Source: Epithemia pelagica
Lineage: Eukaryota > Protista > Bacillariophyta
Length of the DNA stretch: 64,000 nt
Assembly (NCBI GenBank): GCA_946965045.2
Contig: OX337228.1
Location: 5,828,001 to 5,892,000, forward strand
Direction: 5' to 3'
A program made the position numbers and the translations under genes. Below are positions 22,650 to 34,258 of the stretch, piece by piece (the first letter of the stretch is position 1; every line of letters starts with the position of its first letter). The notes below the pieces were generated by a model. That model ran no database searches. It was not told the DNA's origin and saw only the letters and a program-made list of their open reading frames with translations.

Positions 22650-25600
22650 TTAGTTCTTGGATGTTTTGTTCATCAGAGCAGAAAGTGGTTTCGATCCAAT
22701 CATTCGATCTTGGAACATGACGCCGGAAACCAGTCCCTGTAATCTTTCTGTGAACGCCATGCTCTCGCGAAGCTCAACCGAACGTTCGGAAGATTTCTTT
22801 TGGCTCGTTTCAAGTCGGCGCCTCTTAGCTTGCATCGAATCAATATCCTCAGCTTGGTCCACAACTTCCCTAGGCGCAGTAGGTGCTTCCGCTAAGTCAA
22901 GAGACCGCTTAGGCGACGTGCCTAACAGTTCTTTCAATCTTGAGAGAACTGGTACAACTTTCTCGGTGTCTTCTAGCGGTTCACTGATTAGCGTTTGAGA
23001 AGACTTTTCAGTCACCTTCTTGCTCAAATGATATAACAAATCATCCAAGAACGCGGTAGGAAAATAGACAAAGAGTTGGTCGTGCCACGGTTCCGCAGCC
23101 TCACATTTACTTAGTAGAGCAAGTTCAAGGCATCGACGGTACAAATGCTTGGACTCCAAGATTCTGCATTCTTCCTGAATATCCTCCGGTATGCCCACCA
23201 AAAGACGACAGAGAACTTCTCGAAGCGTTCCATCCATTCGACCTATCCACATACGAAGCTCACTTCGTACTTCGCAGCTCTTGTTGACATTGGCCCATCC
23301 CAGCGGAAGGTGACCATCATTTCCAAAGTAACCGTAAACCACACTACTTGGGCCATTGTCGCAAAATTCGGAGCCAGGCCAGTTGTTCTCTTCCAGTGGT
23401 GATGTTATCTCCTGATATAGTTCGAAAAGCGCTTCTCGAGCCGCCTTCACCACGCTATTCCTTGTATGGAAGTCTCCGGTCCACAACGTTGTAGTGATGC
23501 ACCTAGTAACCAATCTCTCACAGGACAGCCTTTCAATACATTTCGGCCTGCCAATTACTTCAGCAAGGTACTCAATCGACGTTGAAAGACAATCGCGAAC
23601 AGAATCTTCTTTCAGTGAATCGTTTGCTAGCACATACATCTCGTTGCTGGAATCTGATAAAACTGACTCCACGAATGATGAAGCAGTATCGAATGGTTCC
23701 CCCATACAATCATTGAGAACGAGTGCTACTCTTGGGATATCACATTTTGTGGGAAGATCAATGTATTTGACCGATTCTCGAAGAGGAACTTCTTGGGTGC
23801 ATGGCAGGACAATTAGAATTGCATCGCATGAGTCGACAACATGCGGCTTGTTGCCATCTATAAAGACAACGCGTGTTTCGCATGCGGAAGATTTCGTAAC
23901 AGATGGAGAACCAAACCTCAGTGACTGAGCAATCCAAGTTTGTGTAAGTGCCAACAAATTCAAGTAAGAAGTGTCGGTCACGGGAAAGACGACTGCAATC
24001 TTGTATAAACAGCATCGCCAAGGACCTGTCCATCCCAAAGAAACATGACCATGAAAAATATCGCTAGCTCGAATGGCACCAGATTGACCTTCCCGCAAAA
24101 GTACCTCCAGTATGCCTCGAAGACCCCGAGTTTCACCACTCCGAGCAGCCTGTGGCGACAAGTGCTTCTCAACAGGAAGTATGACCTCTCCCAGTGGTGT
24201 CGACTGAGAACTAATTCTTTTGTCCTGTAGACGCAAATGCGTGGGATACTTGTGCAGCCACCGACGAAAACTCAGCTTTTCACGGGCGCTTGATATCGCA
24301 CGATTCCATTTTTCGGCTTCCATGCGCTCTTGTGATTCACGGTGTTCACGTTCTTGTTTTTGCCGCTCGAATTCTTGTCTTTGTCTCTCTAGTTCGAGCT
24401 GACGGACCTTCGCTAAACGTTCCCGCTCTTCTGCAATTCTTCTTCGTTCCTCCTCGAGAGCCTTTTGCCGCATTAATTCCTGTTCTTCCTCTCTCTTTCG
24501 ACGAGCAACTTCGGCTTCGCGCTTACGTTGCTCTTCCTCTCTCTTTTTGCGTTCAGCTTCTTGTCGTTCCTTCTCCAGTTGTCTAGCAGCTTCCTGTCGT
24601 CTAAGCTCTTCAATACGTCGAAGCCGCAGCTTTTCACGCTCTTCCTTCTGCCGTCGTTCCTCTTTTTGTTGTTCGGCAAGCCTCTTTATTTCACGCTCTC
24701 GCTCTTCTTGCTGTCGTCGTAGCTTCTCCTCTTTTCTAATACGTTCAAGTTCAAGCTCGTGTTTCAAAGCGTCCTCTTTTCGTTTCTTTTCCCGAGCTTC
24801 TGCTGCTTCTTTTTCAAATAACATAACAGCGCTCTGTGTTTCTTCAACAGGCTGACCGACTTTGTGCTCATTCACAAACGCGTCACCACCGCTCTTTTCG
24901 CCGCGACAAACAGCCAATCGCGTTGCACCATCAAGCTTGGATTCAATGGTCCTCAACATTTTCCATGGTCGCAGAGAAACTACGGTTCCTTTGCTTTCAT
25001 CTTTCGGTTCACGGAAGGAACTGTGACGCCAGAAAACAATATCCTCAGCGCTACCCGAACGTACTTTTACTGAATTCACTGCAATATAAAAGTGCTTGCA
25101 TGCCGCTCGCGCTTCTTGTTCGTCTTCAAAGCAAAGCAGCGTGACCAAGTCTTTTAGAGGATATGCATCATAAATTGCTTCATTGGTCTCCTTGCTCTTT
25201 CCACCATATGTCTTTGACATTATCTGGAACGCAACTCGCCTCATTGATCCGACGTGCTTGAACATAATGCAGGCGAAGAGATAAGGCGTTGATGGACTCC
25301 GAAGGATCTGAAAGAAACGTGCATAGTTGTACTCTTTCTTCGCCTGTTGGTCGTTAGCAGTTGGTTAGCCCAACCAAACTACCGAAGATGACAAGAAGAC
25401 TTAAGGTACGAGAAGCCTTACCTTGAAAACCGACAGAGCAAGTTGAACCAGACGGGACTTGTGTACATGGGGGCGAACACGAGACAAGTGAGACACATAT
25501 CTCATCACTTCCATGCCCCCATCATTTTCAATCGTAAGCAAAATATAAAGTCCACTCATCTCCTGCTCGGCAGTTCCATGGAAGTTAGGTCGTCCAATGG

Positions 25601-27910
25601 CGCGCTTTGCTACGGACGTTTGGTTGTCCGCTCGGTTTTTCAAAGGAGTGCCATCGAAATCCACAGGGTCGTTGCCCTGGACGACATTGACCTCACATCC
25701 ATGAACATACTTATCATCTGGATTCCTCTTCCATGTCTCTCTGCCGTTACTATCAGGTTCTTCAATAGTGGATCGATGAAGAACGTCGTCATAATACTGG
25801 TTGAGCGTTTTCATTGTTTGTCCTAGTTCTTGAATATTTTGTTGGGATTGCATTGTGACAAAGTCATCAATATGGCTGAGTTGATGCTCACACATCGCAT
25901 GCCATCGCGCAATACGTTCATGACACCGAACAGCTCGGGCCGAGCAATTCCCCCCGGTCCCCACGTAATTCTGCAAGATGAAATCTTTTCGTACCATCCG
26001 GGTGCGGTCCCAAATGAACTGGTACACGTCAAGTGACGGAGGAGTGCCTGACTGAAATCGAAAATCAGAACCTTGCCGATCCCGTTCCTGAATAGAAAGC
26101 AGGTTTTAGAGACGAAATATAAATCATAACCAACGATTGTTGTCTCGGAAACTCGGATCTCAGAAACTCCGACGTACCATGACCCATTCTTCTAGGTATG
26201 CACAAACACGTTCAAGGACTACCAAAGGCAAAAAGTGAGCAAGAGAAACTCAAGTTACAATGTAACAAGTAACAAATAGACCAGAACACATTTTGTAACA
26301 AATAGACCAGAACACACTTTGTCATCGCACAACAACATCCAAGATATGTACTTGCCATGAGGCGGGCGCACCCATTCCGGAACGTCTAGTTTGTAGTCAG
26401 CCGCAGAGCGACGGAATCTCTTCACAGCCGTCTCACGCAACGTCCAGCCCTGCGGATGAAGATCGCCTGGGGTTGGGATCTCCAGCAATTGGATATCCCC
26501 TTCTCGTTGACGTCGTAATAGCTCTTCCGAGGGACACATGTGGAGGCACTTGCCAACCAAGGATGTGGCAGAACCAAGATCTTGAGTGTCCATGTGTGTT
26601 TGCCGCAAGGCCGCATAATCCGTGGGTGCCTCATCCTGCAAATCAGCAGGCAAGAGGGCCTTTGTGTCTTGGTTGACAGCGTTGGTAGCAAAGCGGAGAG
26701 CATTACGATTTGCTAAATCACTGTTTGGATCGACCACAGGTTCCGGATGTTCGACAGTGTCATTGGATTTCGGCTGTCGGTTAGTATTCTGTTGTTGAGC
26801 TTCATGTTTCTTTTTCCCTTCCAGAAGCCTTTTCTTTTCTTCAATTTTGGCCTTGAGCTTGGCCAACCGTGCACTCTCGGCATTGGTCGAACTCATCTTG
26901 TCCGTTGTAGTGTTGTCATCGGAGGGAAACGAGGAAGGTGCATCTGCCATTACTGGTGATACCGACCCCGACAGGCCTGAAGACACTGTCGCAACTCCCA
27001 CAGGTATGAAAGGATTCGGGACAGAGTTAGCTGCAGAGGAATTCCAGGTGGATGCATTTGCTTCTGTGGCGTTGTTGTTGCGTTTTGTATCTACAGGTGT
27101 CCCAAAGGGCAAATCACTGCGAGGTGGAGGCTTTTCTCGATTTCCCATATCCATCTCTGGCTGTGGGAAACTTGGTGACAGGAGCGAGTTGTTGTTGTTG
27201 TTCATGTTGTTGTTATTGAAAGTGTTATTCCAGGTTGTTCCTGGCTGAACCTGTGCATGAGAGCCGCCCACCATTTCTGAATCGTCTGCCACATTGGCTG
27301 ACACTCCAAACGACATCATGGGCGCTGCAGGAGCAAACATTGTAGTATTGCTGGCAGAAAACGGATTGGGAACGGAATTCATGGATTGTTGTTGTTGCGG
27401 AACGTGCGGGAAGGTTGTCATGCCATCCTGTGGTGTGGCACCAAACGGGTGGTTGTTGGGGACAGTGTTTCCTGGCATTTGTCCTGGAACGCCAAAGGAA
27501 GGAACATTCGCAGAAGCCGTTCCAAAAGGATTTGATGGCTGTTCCGTATTGCTCACAGCCTGTTGAACAAATTGTCCCGATGTTGTTGATGCATTTGAGA
27601 ATGGATGTCCATGGACAGGTGGTGTCGCTGTGGCAGCAGTTGTTGTCGTTCCAAATGGATTTGTGGATGGAAGAAAAGGTTGTTGTTGCACAGTTTGAGG
27701 AGATCCAAAGGGATGGGAGGAAGAATTGACAGGCGGTCCAAAATTCGAAGCCAGTGCTTGCGAGGGTGCAACAGTGTTTTGGTTCCCGAAGGGAGACGAT
27801 CCAAACATGGGAGGTTGTTGTGGCGCTGGTGGTGCAGCCGGTGGTTGCTGCCCTAATCCAAAGGGATTTTGAGACGATCCAAACCCACCAGTGCTTCCAA
27901 ATCCAGACAT
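22650..27910 (-). CDS. SAC3: SAC3/GANP-family mRNA export factor, 4 exons
   Basis: FG-like N-terminal repeats; LVGKCLHMCP; AVKRFRRSAA..VRPPHVLERVCAYL; YQFIWDRTRMVRKDFILQN; then a coiled coil. Exons 27910-26356, 26218-26178, 26087-25422, 25343-22650. Confidence 0.88.
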
Positions 27911-28522
27911 GCTCTATTCTTGAACTTCCAGCACCGTCTCTTTACTCCGTATTTCCAAACACTGATTTCAAGTGTCTGCTCGAGTGCATCACCCTCTGTT
28001 CTCCAAAAGAAAAAACAGAAATTCCTCTAGGTAGAGGTAGAGGAGTAAGAGTAAAGTTACGCATAGGTAGTACCTATTGTAGTTTTTCGCGACCAATAGA
28101 GTACATCAGTCGCATGAAAACCAAGGAAAGAAGGGTCTGGCTGTCTTCCGGTATTGAATATAAGTAATGGGTAGCTTTTTGTCGTGCAGACGCTCGTCAC
28201 GTTCGACAAGGAGCCGATTTTGTATTGTAATATTATGCCTACAGTACTCACTTGGTCTTGGTCTCTAGGTTGTAGGTCTTCGCCGGCCGACCCTCCACAC
28301 GTGCCCATGTGTGTATCGTATCTCGTTCCATTTTTTGAAGTGCAGAACTCGTGATTTGCGCATCAACGATGATGATACCGCGGGATGTAGTTCTCCAATC
28401 GCGAACATATTGCACAGCTTCATTCAGATGATAGTTGTCCATAATACCCTAGAAAGTGTTCGCGATTGCACTATTTTTGCCATCTTCCGCTGGAGTAGTA
28501 GCCTCCAACAACTTGGATCGTC

Positions 28523-31500
28523 ATGGACGAAGCACTCGCAAAGTTGATCCGTGAAATTGGTTCGGCCAATAGGCCATGGTGGTATGGCATAAATGTAGGT
28601 GAAAGCGATGAGAACAGTCTCGCTAATCTACTTGGGATCTCTACGGAGTCCCTAATGTGCCTATTGAGTGTTGTCGGATGGGTGTCACGAGTGGCAACAA
28701 CGAACGAATCAACATCCTCGTCGTGGAGAGTTCACGAGAGGAAAATTGAAACCTTCCTAGACCGGTTTCACCTACGAGACATCACAGCGCTCACGAAAAG
28801 CAGGTATGGAAATGAGCAACGGCGACATTTCCTTGAAGTGGGTTGCGACAAAACAAGTGCAAGTCCGCTTTATGTCTTCCGAAATTTCACCAAGCCATCG
28901 ATTCAAAATACCAAATCCATTGCAGTACAAACAAAAAAGCTGCTTCTGAATGCAACAACAAAACAAGCTGGTGACAGTTCTACGGGGACGACTACGAATC
29001 CAACAACGCTGATAAAAACCCCATCTCCAAGGCGGCGCAGAAGTAGCATCCTGAAGAGGCCAAGAGGAGCAGCTGCTGATGACAAGAGGACGCAAAAGCG
29101 AGTTTCTCTCTCCAGTGAGACATTGGAGAATGAAAGAAAACGAGCGATGAGAATGGAGAACAATTCTCAAAGATCACCACTCCTGCTACCAACCAGAACA
29201 ACAACAAGCAGCACGTGAGCCGGAATCAACTCATCAAGCAACAGCTGATTTGCCATTTGTTTCCGAAAGTCTTCAAGCCGGAGTTCTTCGATGTGATGGA
29301 AGAATACTTTTTGGAATCCGAATCTTTTGAGGAGCAAGATCTTGCTGGTGCCCTCGCCTCCGTCATGAAAGTACTGTATGAACACAACGAGAGAGAAAGA
29401 GGCGAAATGTTGGGGGTTCAAAGTTTTATGACCCCCAATCAAAAATTGAGCACACCTACGTTGCATGCCTATGGAATTGACACAACAAACAAACGCGTGG
29501 TTAGTGATCTTGTGCGAGACCTTGTCACTCTATCTGACAAGCGAAGAAAGCACGATGTGCTCACGACCCGGATGTCTAACGGTAGGATGGTATCTTTGGT
29601 TCGGATACCAAAATCTACCAATTTGAAAAGCTTCCATGAGCAAGACAGACACTTCAAGTGGATTGATCAAGTCTTGGAAGCACTCGGGAAACAAAACAAC
29701 AGGCCGCGGAAGGTGTTGAAGCCGAGTACAGATGTGCGAAATGACGAGGTAGATGAGCTAGAGGAGGATCAGTTAGAGGAGGGGCAAGAAGAGGAGCTGA
29801 CCGACATGGAGTATACGGCAAAGAATCTCTTTGCCCATCTTGGCAAGAGATTTCCGAATGGGGTCAAGGAGGCAGTGAAACAACAAAAGTTTGCGTGCGT
29901 TGCAATGGACCCGGTTGCAACGTTTGCCATGTGGTCGGACGCAAACATAAACTACTCGCAGGCAAGACTGATTGCACGTCACCTCAAGTACTGGTTCGGA
30001 TGTCCCCTGGTTAGCTCACCTGATGAGCTAAAGAGAGTCCTAGTAACTAAGAAGGTTGTGGCACCGGAATGCAATACGCTACAATTAAACAACGAGTCAA
30101 TCGAATGGAGTGTGCGAGATGCGACACAGGTATTGCTTTACTTTTGCGATACTGTGTTTAATCGAGCTGACACTCGACAGCATTGGACCTCTATTGATAT
30201 GGTTGTGTCGGCCGACCATGGGAAAGGCTTCTCTCGTGCCCATGCGGTCTTAATTTGTCGGAAACATGACCCTAGCTCAAATAAGTGGACGGAACACAAA
30301 GACTCCTACAGTCTAGCAGATGCTAGGTGCAAGAAGGACACCTACGAGATCCTGAAAAGCACCTACATGCCAAAACTAGACAGTGCGCTAAGTCAGTTGA
30401 CAGAGAAAGGCGGTATCGACGTGTGGAAGCGAGCCCAACTAAATGAAAATGAAGAGTGGTACTACTCAAGGCTTGCGGGGTCACGTCCTGACCAACCTAG
30501 CGACACACGCTTCTATGGAGGACTCCCAGTAGAAGTGTTCTTGGCAGGAGACCTAGCCCAAATTATGACCAACTATGGGCGAGAAGGCATGTCTAGCTGC
30601 TGGTGTGCCTTTTGTCAGCTGACAAAGGCAGAATGGCAGCCACTTAGTCATGCTCGAGGCACAAAGTGGTCGCTTGCGACAATGAAGGCCCAGCTTGAAT
30701 ACAACAAAACGCTCGATGAGAATGCAAAGGGTGCCCTGCGAAAGGGAATAAAAAATGTGCCTTTGCTTACTGCCGTGGATGTGTGTCATGTGTCAATGCC
30801 TGTTCTCCACATCAAGTTGGGCGTTGTGAACAAGGCTCTAGATTGTTTGTACAGTGATCTCCAGGCTGCCTGTGAGATCTACACAGCAGCCTGGATCGAT
30901 CTTGAAACGGAATGGCTCAGACAGAAAAAGGAAGAAGAACAAGTGGTGAGCGAGCTGATGGAAATCACGCGGCAGAAACAGGAAAAACAACAACAACAAC
31001 AACAACAACAACAGGTTCCGGATGAGCACATTGCAGCTGAGATTGCTTTGTTGAAACAAAGCCTGAAGGAGAAGGATGGTGAGCGGAAGGCAAGGGCAAA
31101 GTTGGTTAAAGAAGCAAAACATGAATGGGACAAAGAGAAGAGTGTCCCTGAGAACTCACGAAAGCATGGACAACCTGTCTATCGCAAGTTCGAAGGGATC
31201 GAGCGTGCCCATGGAATTGACAGGGCAGCGTTTCATGGGGGTGCTCTGCAAGGCAACCCCTGCAGCACAGTGTTGGTTGATCGGAAGTTTATCTTCGAAG
31301 AGATTTGGGTCTACGTCTGGGACCTCCCGGACGAACAGAAATGGGTGGATAATGCGACAATCAAAAGGGTGATTGATGCCTATGAACGATTGATGGGGCA
31401 TCTCGATGCCACTTTTTCTATTTTGCAGACGCCTCGGAATCACATCACGCCACAACAGGTGCTCCACTTAGAGCATCATTTGAAGCATGCTTCTTCGGTA

Positions 31501-31950
31501 TGGCGAGCACTCGACATCCCAATTTCACCCAAGATGCACATTTTGGAAGACCATGCACTTGACGCAGTGAAACGGTACGGCGGAATCGGTGATTTGGGTG
31601 AAGATGAAGGCGAGCGCGCCCATCAGACTGGGGCGCAGATGGAAAGCCGCATGAAGTCTCTAAACCACTCAACAAAGGGGCAAGTTGTAGCTCAGTTGGA
31701 GGTGATGACAAAGAATGACGCAGTGCAAGACAGGCTTGTTGCGGTCACGAAAGCGGTACAACGGAACGTGAACAGGAGAAATGGTGAGGGGGGTGATCAA
31801 GAAGCCCCCAAATCCTACAAAGGCAACAAGCACAAGGCCTTGCGTGACTCTGAGCGGGTGGCACTTCTATCGATGTTCGCTATCCAAGAGGAGAAGTACC
31901 CCCGACTTGATGAACTACGACACCAAAAGCTGCTTCAGTCGGAATCATGA
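28523..31950 (+). CDS. Chapaev/CMC-type DDE transposase, split in two reading frames (28523-29218 and 29134/29215-31950)
   Basis: SADHGKG (D at 30214); AGDL..YGREGMSSCWCAFC (D at 30550); GIKNVPLL..PVLHIKLG; FHGGALQGN; ISPKMHILEDH..GIGDLGEDEGERAHQ (E at 31612). Confidence 0.8.
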
Positions 31951-32001
31951 TAGCTACCATAATTGCATGTAAGGAATACTAAGTAAGGTTTTGGTTAATG
32001 A

Positions 32002-32427
32002 CTAAGCTTTCTCTAGTACAAGTCCCCGCTTCGGGAAACCACTGTCACGGCACGCTGTTTTTAGGAGCTTGAAAGACTCATGGTGCCCCATGATGGTGAA
32101 GCGAAGCATCCACTCCCGACACTCTTCTCCAACGTGACATCGGTCTCCTTCATGTCCCAAAGGCAATGGAACGGCTGCGAAGAACTCGAGTCCCTCGTGT
32201 CCATTGCGTTGACTCCTGACACGAAAGACATCCCAAGCCAACACTTCATGGGACAGAAATGTCTTATGGACCAGCGTTTTGTCGGCGCCGGTGTAAGACA
32301 CTTGAAAGCCATGCCCAAAGTTTGTCTTGCCGACAAAGAGAGCGGCACTGTGGCTCCGAGTCCACATGTGATCCTCTGAATCACGGTCTACTATTCCGAC
32401 CTCAAACATTCCACCAGTCAATCTCAT
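32002..32427 (-). CDS. Unassigned 141-aa passenger ORF inside the transposon, convergent on the transposase
   Basis: ACAACAATG context; high-complexity, beta-rich sequence ending in an amphipathic helix (HESFKLLKTAC); no family recognised. Confidence 0.5.
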   Translation of the reverse strand: MRLTGGMFEVGIVDRDSEDHMWTRSHSAALFVGKTNFGHGFQVSYTGADKTLVHKTFLSHEVLAWDVFRVRSQRNGHEGLEFFAAVPLPLGHEGDRCHVGEECREWMLRFTIMGHHESFKLLKTACRDSGFPKRGLVLEKA

Positions 32428-32489
32428 TGTTGTTGCGTCGTTTTTGCCGCCACCAGCAGTCCTGTTCTTTTCCGTTGCTTCTGCCACGG

Positions 32490-33090
32490 GGGCGTGTGTT
32501 GTCGTGGCTTGTGTCGTTGTCGTTCTTCTTCTTGTTGTTTGAGGTCAGCGTGGTTGCTTGCGTTGTCGTTGTTGATGTTGTTGTTGTCGTCGCGGCTTGT
32601 GTTGCTACTGTTGTTGTTGCCACGGCTTGTCTTGACGTTGTTGCTGTTGTCTTCGTCGCGGGTTGTGTTGTCGTCGTCGTTGTTGTCGTCGCTTGTTGTC
32701 GCGGGTTGTGTTGTTGTTGTTGTTGTTGTTGTTTCCTGTCAGCGTCGTGGATTGTGTTGTTGTTGTCGTTTGTTGATGTCGCAGTGGTGTGTTGTTGTTG
32801 CCACGGCTTGTCTTGACGTTGTTGCTGTTGTCTTTGTCGCGGGTTGTGTTGTCGTCGTCGTTGTTGTCGTCGCTTGTTGTCGCGGGTTGTGTTGTTGGTG
32901 TTGTTGTTGTTGTTGTTGTTTCCTGTCAGCGTCGTGGATTGTGTTGTTGATGTCGCCGTGGTGTGTTTTGTTGTTGTTGTTGTTTGTTGATGTCGCCGTG
33001 GCGTGTTTTGTTGTTGTTGTTGTTTGCTGTCAGCTCCGTGGTCCGTGGATTGGGTTGTTGTCGTCGTCGTCAAAGTTTGTTTGTTGTGTT
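32490..33090. repeat. (GTT/GTC)n low-complexity tract containing a ~181-187-bp tandem duplication
   Basis: GCCACGGCTTGTCTTGACGTTGTTGCTG at 32619 and 32800; TTTCCTGTCAGCGTCGTGGATTGTGTTGTT at 32732 and 32919. Confidence 0.9.
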
Positions 33091-33369
33091 AGTTCCGTCG
33101 CCGTCCTCGTCCTTGGCTGCTGGCGCGGACGATGGAGTGGCCTCCTGCGCTGTTTGATTGTTGCATCTTGCATCACCATGTGCTTCGCTCTCTCATCATT
33201 CCCGATTGTGGAATGATTGTTGATATTCAAAAAGTGGGAACGTCGTTCCCACAGGTCAAGCACGTGTGCAGTCTTGTTGCGGACAAGGCGGGAAGCGCAC
33301 GCAAGCTCTTCTACACATGGTGGAGAAGCACTTCGTTTGATTGTTGCATCTCTTCACTTTTTGGAAACC

Positions 33370-34016
33370 ATGCAAGCAGATGAGCAGAAGCAACCGGATG
33401 GATATTGCCTCACGGCAATCCTGAAGGACCAAGCTTCAGGCACCACTGCTGTCCTCAATGGTGTTGCCACTGATGGCATTGTCGTGTCGTCATCGTCGTC
33501 TTCGTCGCCTTTTTCGTTTTCTGTGGACAACTTCACAGGTGAGAAACACGTTGTACACTTGTCTCTGCTGTTTCACGTACTTACCTTTTTGTTGTATCGG
33601 TTCCAGGAACCATTTGCATCGACGGTGACTGCTGGAAGCTTGTCCGTTCGATGCAATCCAAAGACCCGTTGAGCGTCATTGCCTTCAAGATGAAGGATGC
33701 TGAACGCACGGACCACGGGGTTGGTACCATTCACGAAGGAGAAGGAGAAGAAGAAGCCTCAACTGACGAGTCGTCGGACGATGGTGTTGTGTACACCAAG
33801 GACTCATTTTCTCAGGATGTCACCATGATGCAAGACGAGCGCCTTCTCAAGGCTTTCGACTTGATGAGCCCTGATTCACGACATGAACGTGAAGAGGATG
33901 ATGAGTTACAGAAGAAGAAGAAGAAATGGAACAACAACAACAACAGCAATGATAGCGATGACTCACCTTTGTTTGCTCGTCGTTCGACGCGACGCAACAA
34001 CAAAAAGAAGAACTAA
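33370..34016 (+). CDS. Unassigned 192-aa two-exon passenger ORF inside the transposon
   Basis: Phase-1 intron CAG|GTGAGA..TTCCAG|GA (33539-33606) joins ORFs 33217..33672 and 33651..34016 in frame (DNFTG|TICIDGDCWKLVRS); acidic and basic low-complexity tail. Confidence 0.55.
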
Positions 34017-34200
34017 TCACAGGTGGTGGGGCAGCCGTTCATGATTCTTGTTTGATTGTTGAATAATGAACCAACCCGCCAGGAATAAGTAGTAGTAGTA
34101 GTGAGCAGTGCACGTTGTTGACATGTCTGTTGTTGTGCTCGTTCATATCCGTAGTAGTTTATCACCCGCTTTGCTTTTGCATCTGTTGTTGTTGCACGCT

Positions 34201-34258
34201 GGAGGCATGTTCTAATAGGTTATGATGCACCTTGGAGGTACGTTCTAATAGGTTATGA
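34201..34258. repeat. Subterminal 25-bp direct repeat near the right TIR
   Basis: GGAGGCATGTTCTAATAGGTTATGA (34201-34225) and GGAGGTACGTTCTAATAGGTTATGA (34234-34258). Confidence 0.85.

Noticed and set aside
32259-33216. Long ORFs 32259..32816, 32402..33073 and 32494..33216
   Set aside because: They are poly-V/C/L or poly-T/Q readouts of a stop-poor GTT microsatellite, not credible proteins.
33030-33740. Minus-strand reading with a GTAAGT donor near 33584
   Set aside because: It needs a TGA read-through at 33354-33356 and donor/acceptor phases do not match. The plus-strand spliced model is cleaner.
32002-34016. RAG2-like partner gene
   Set aside because: No kelch repeats or PHD Cys/His pattern in either passenger ORF.
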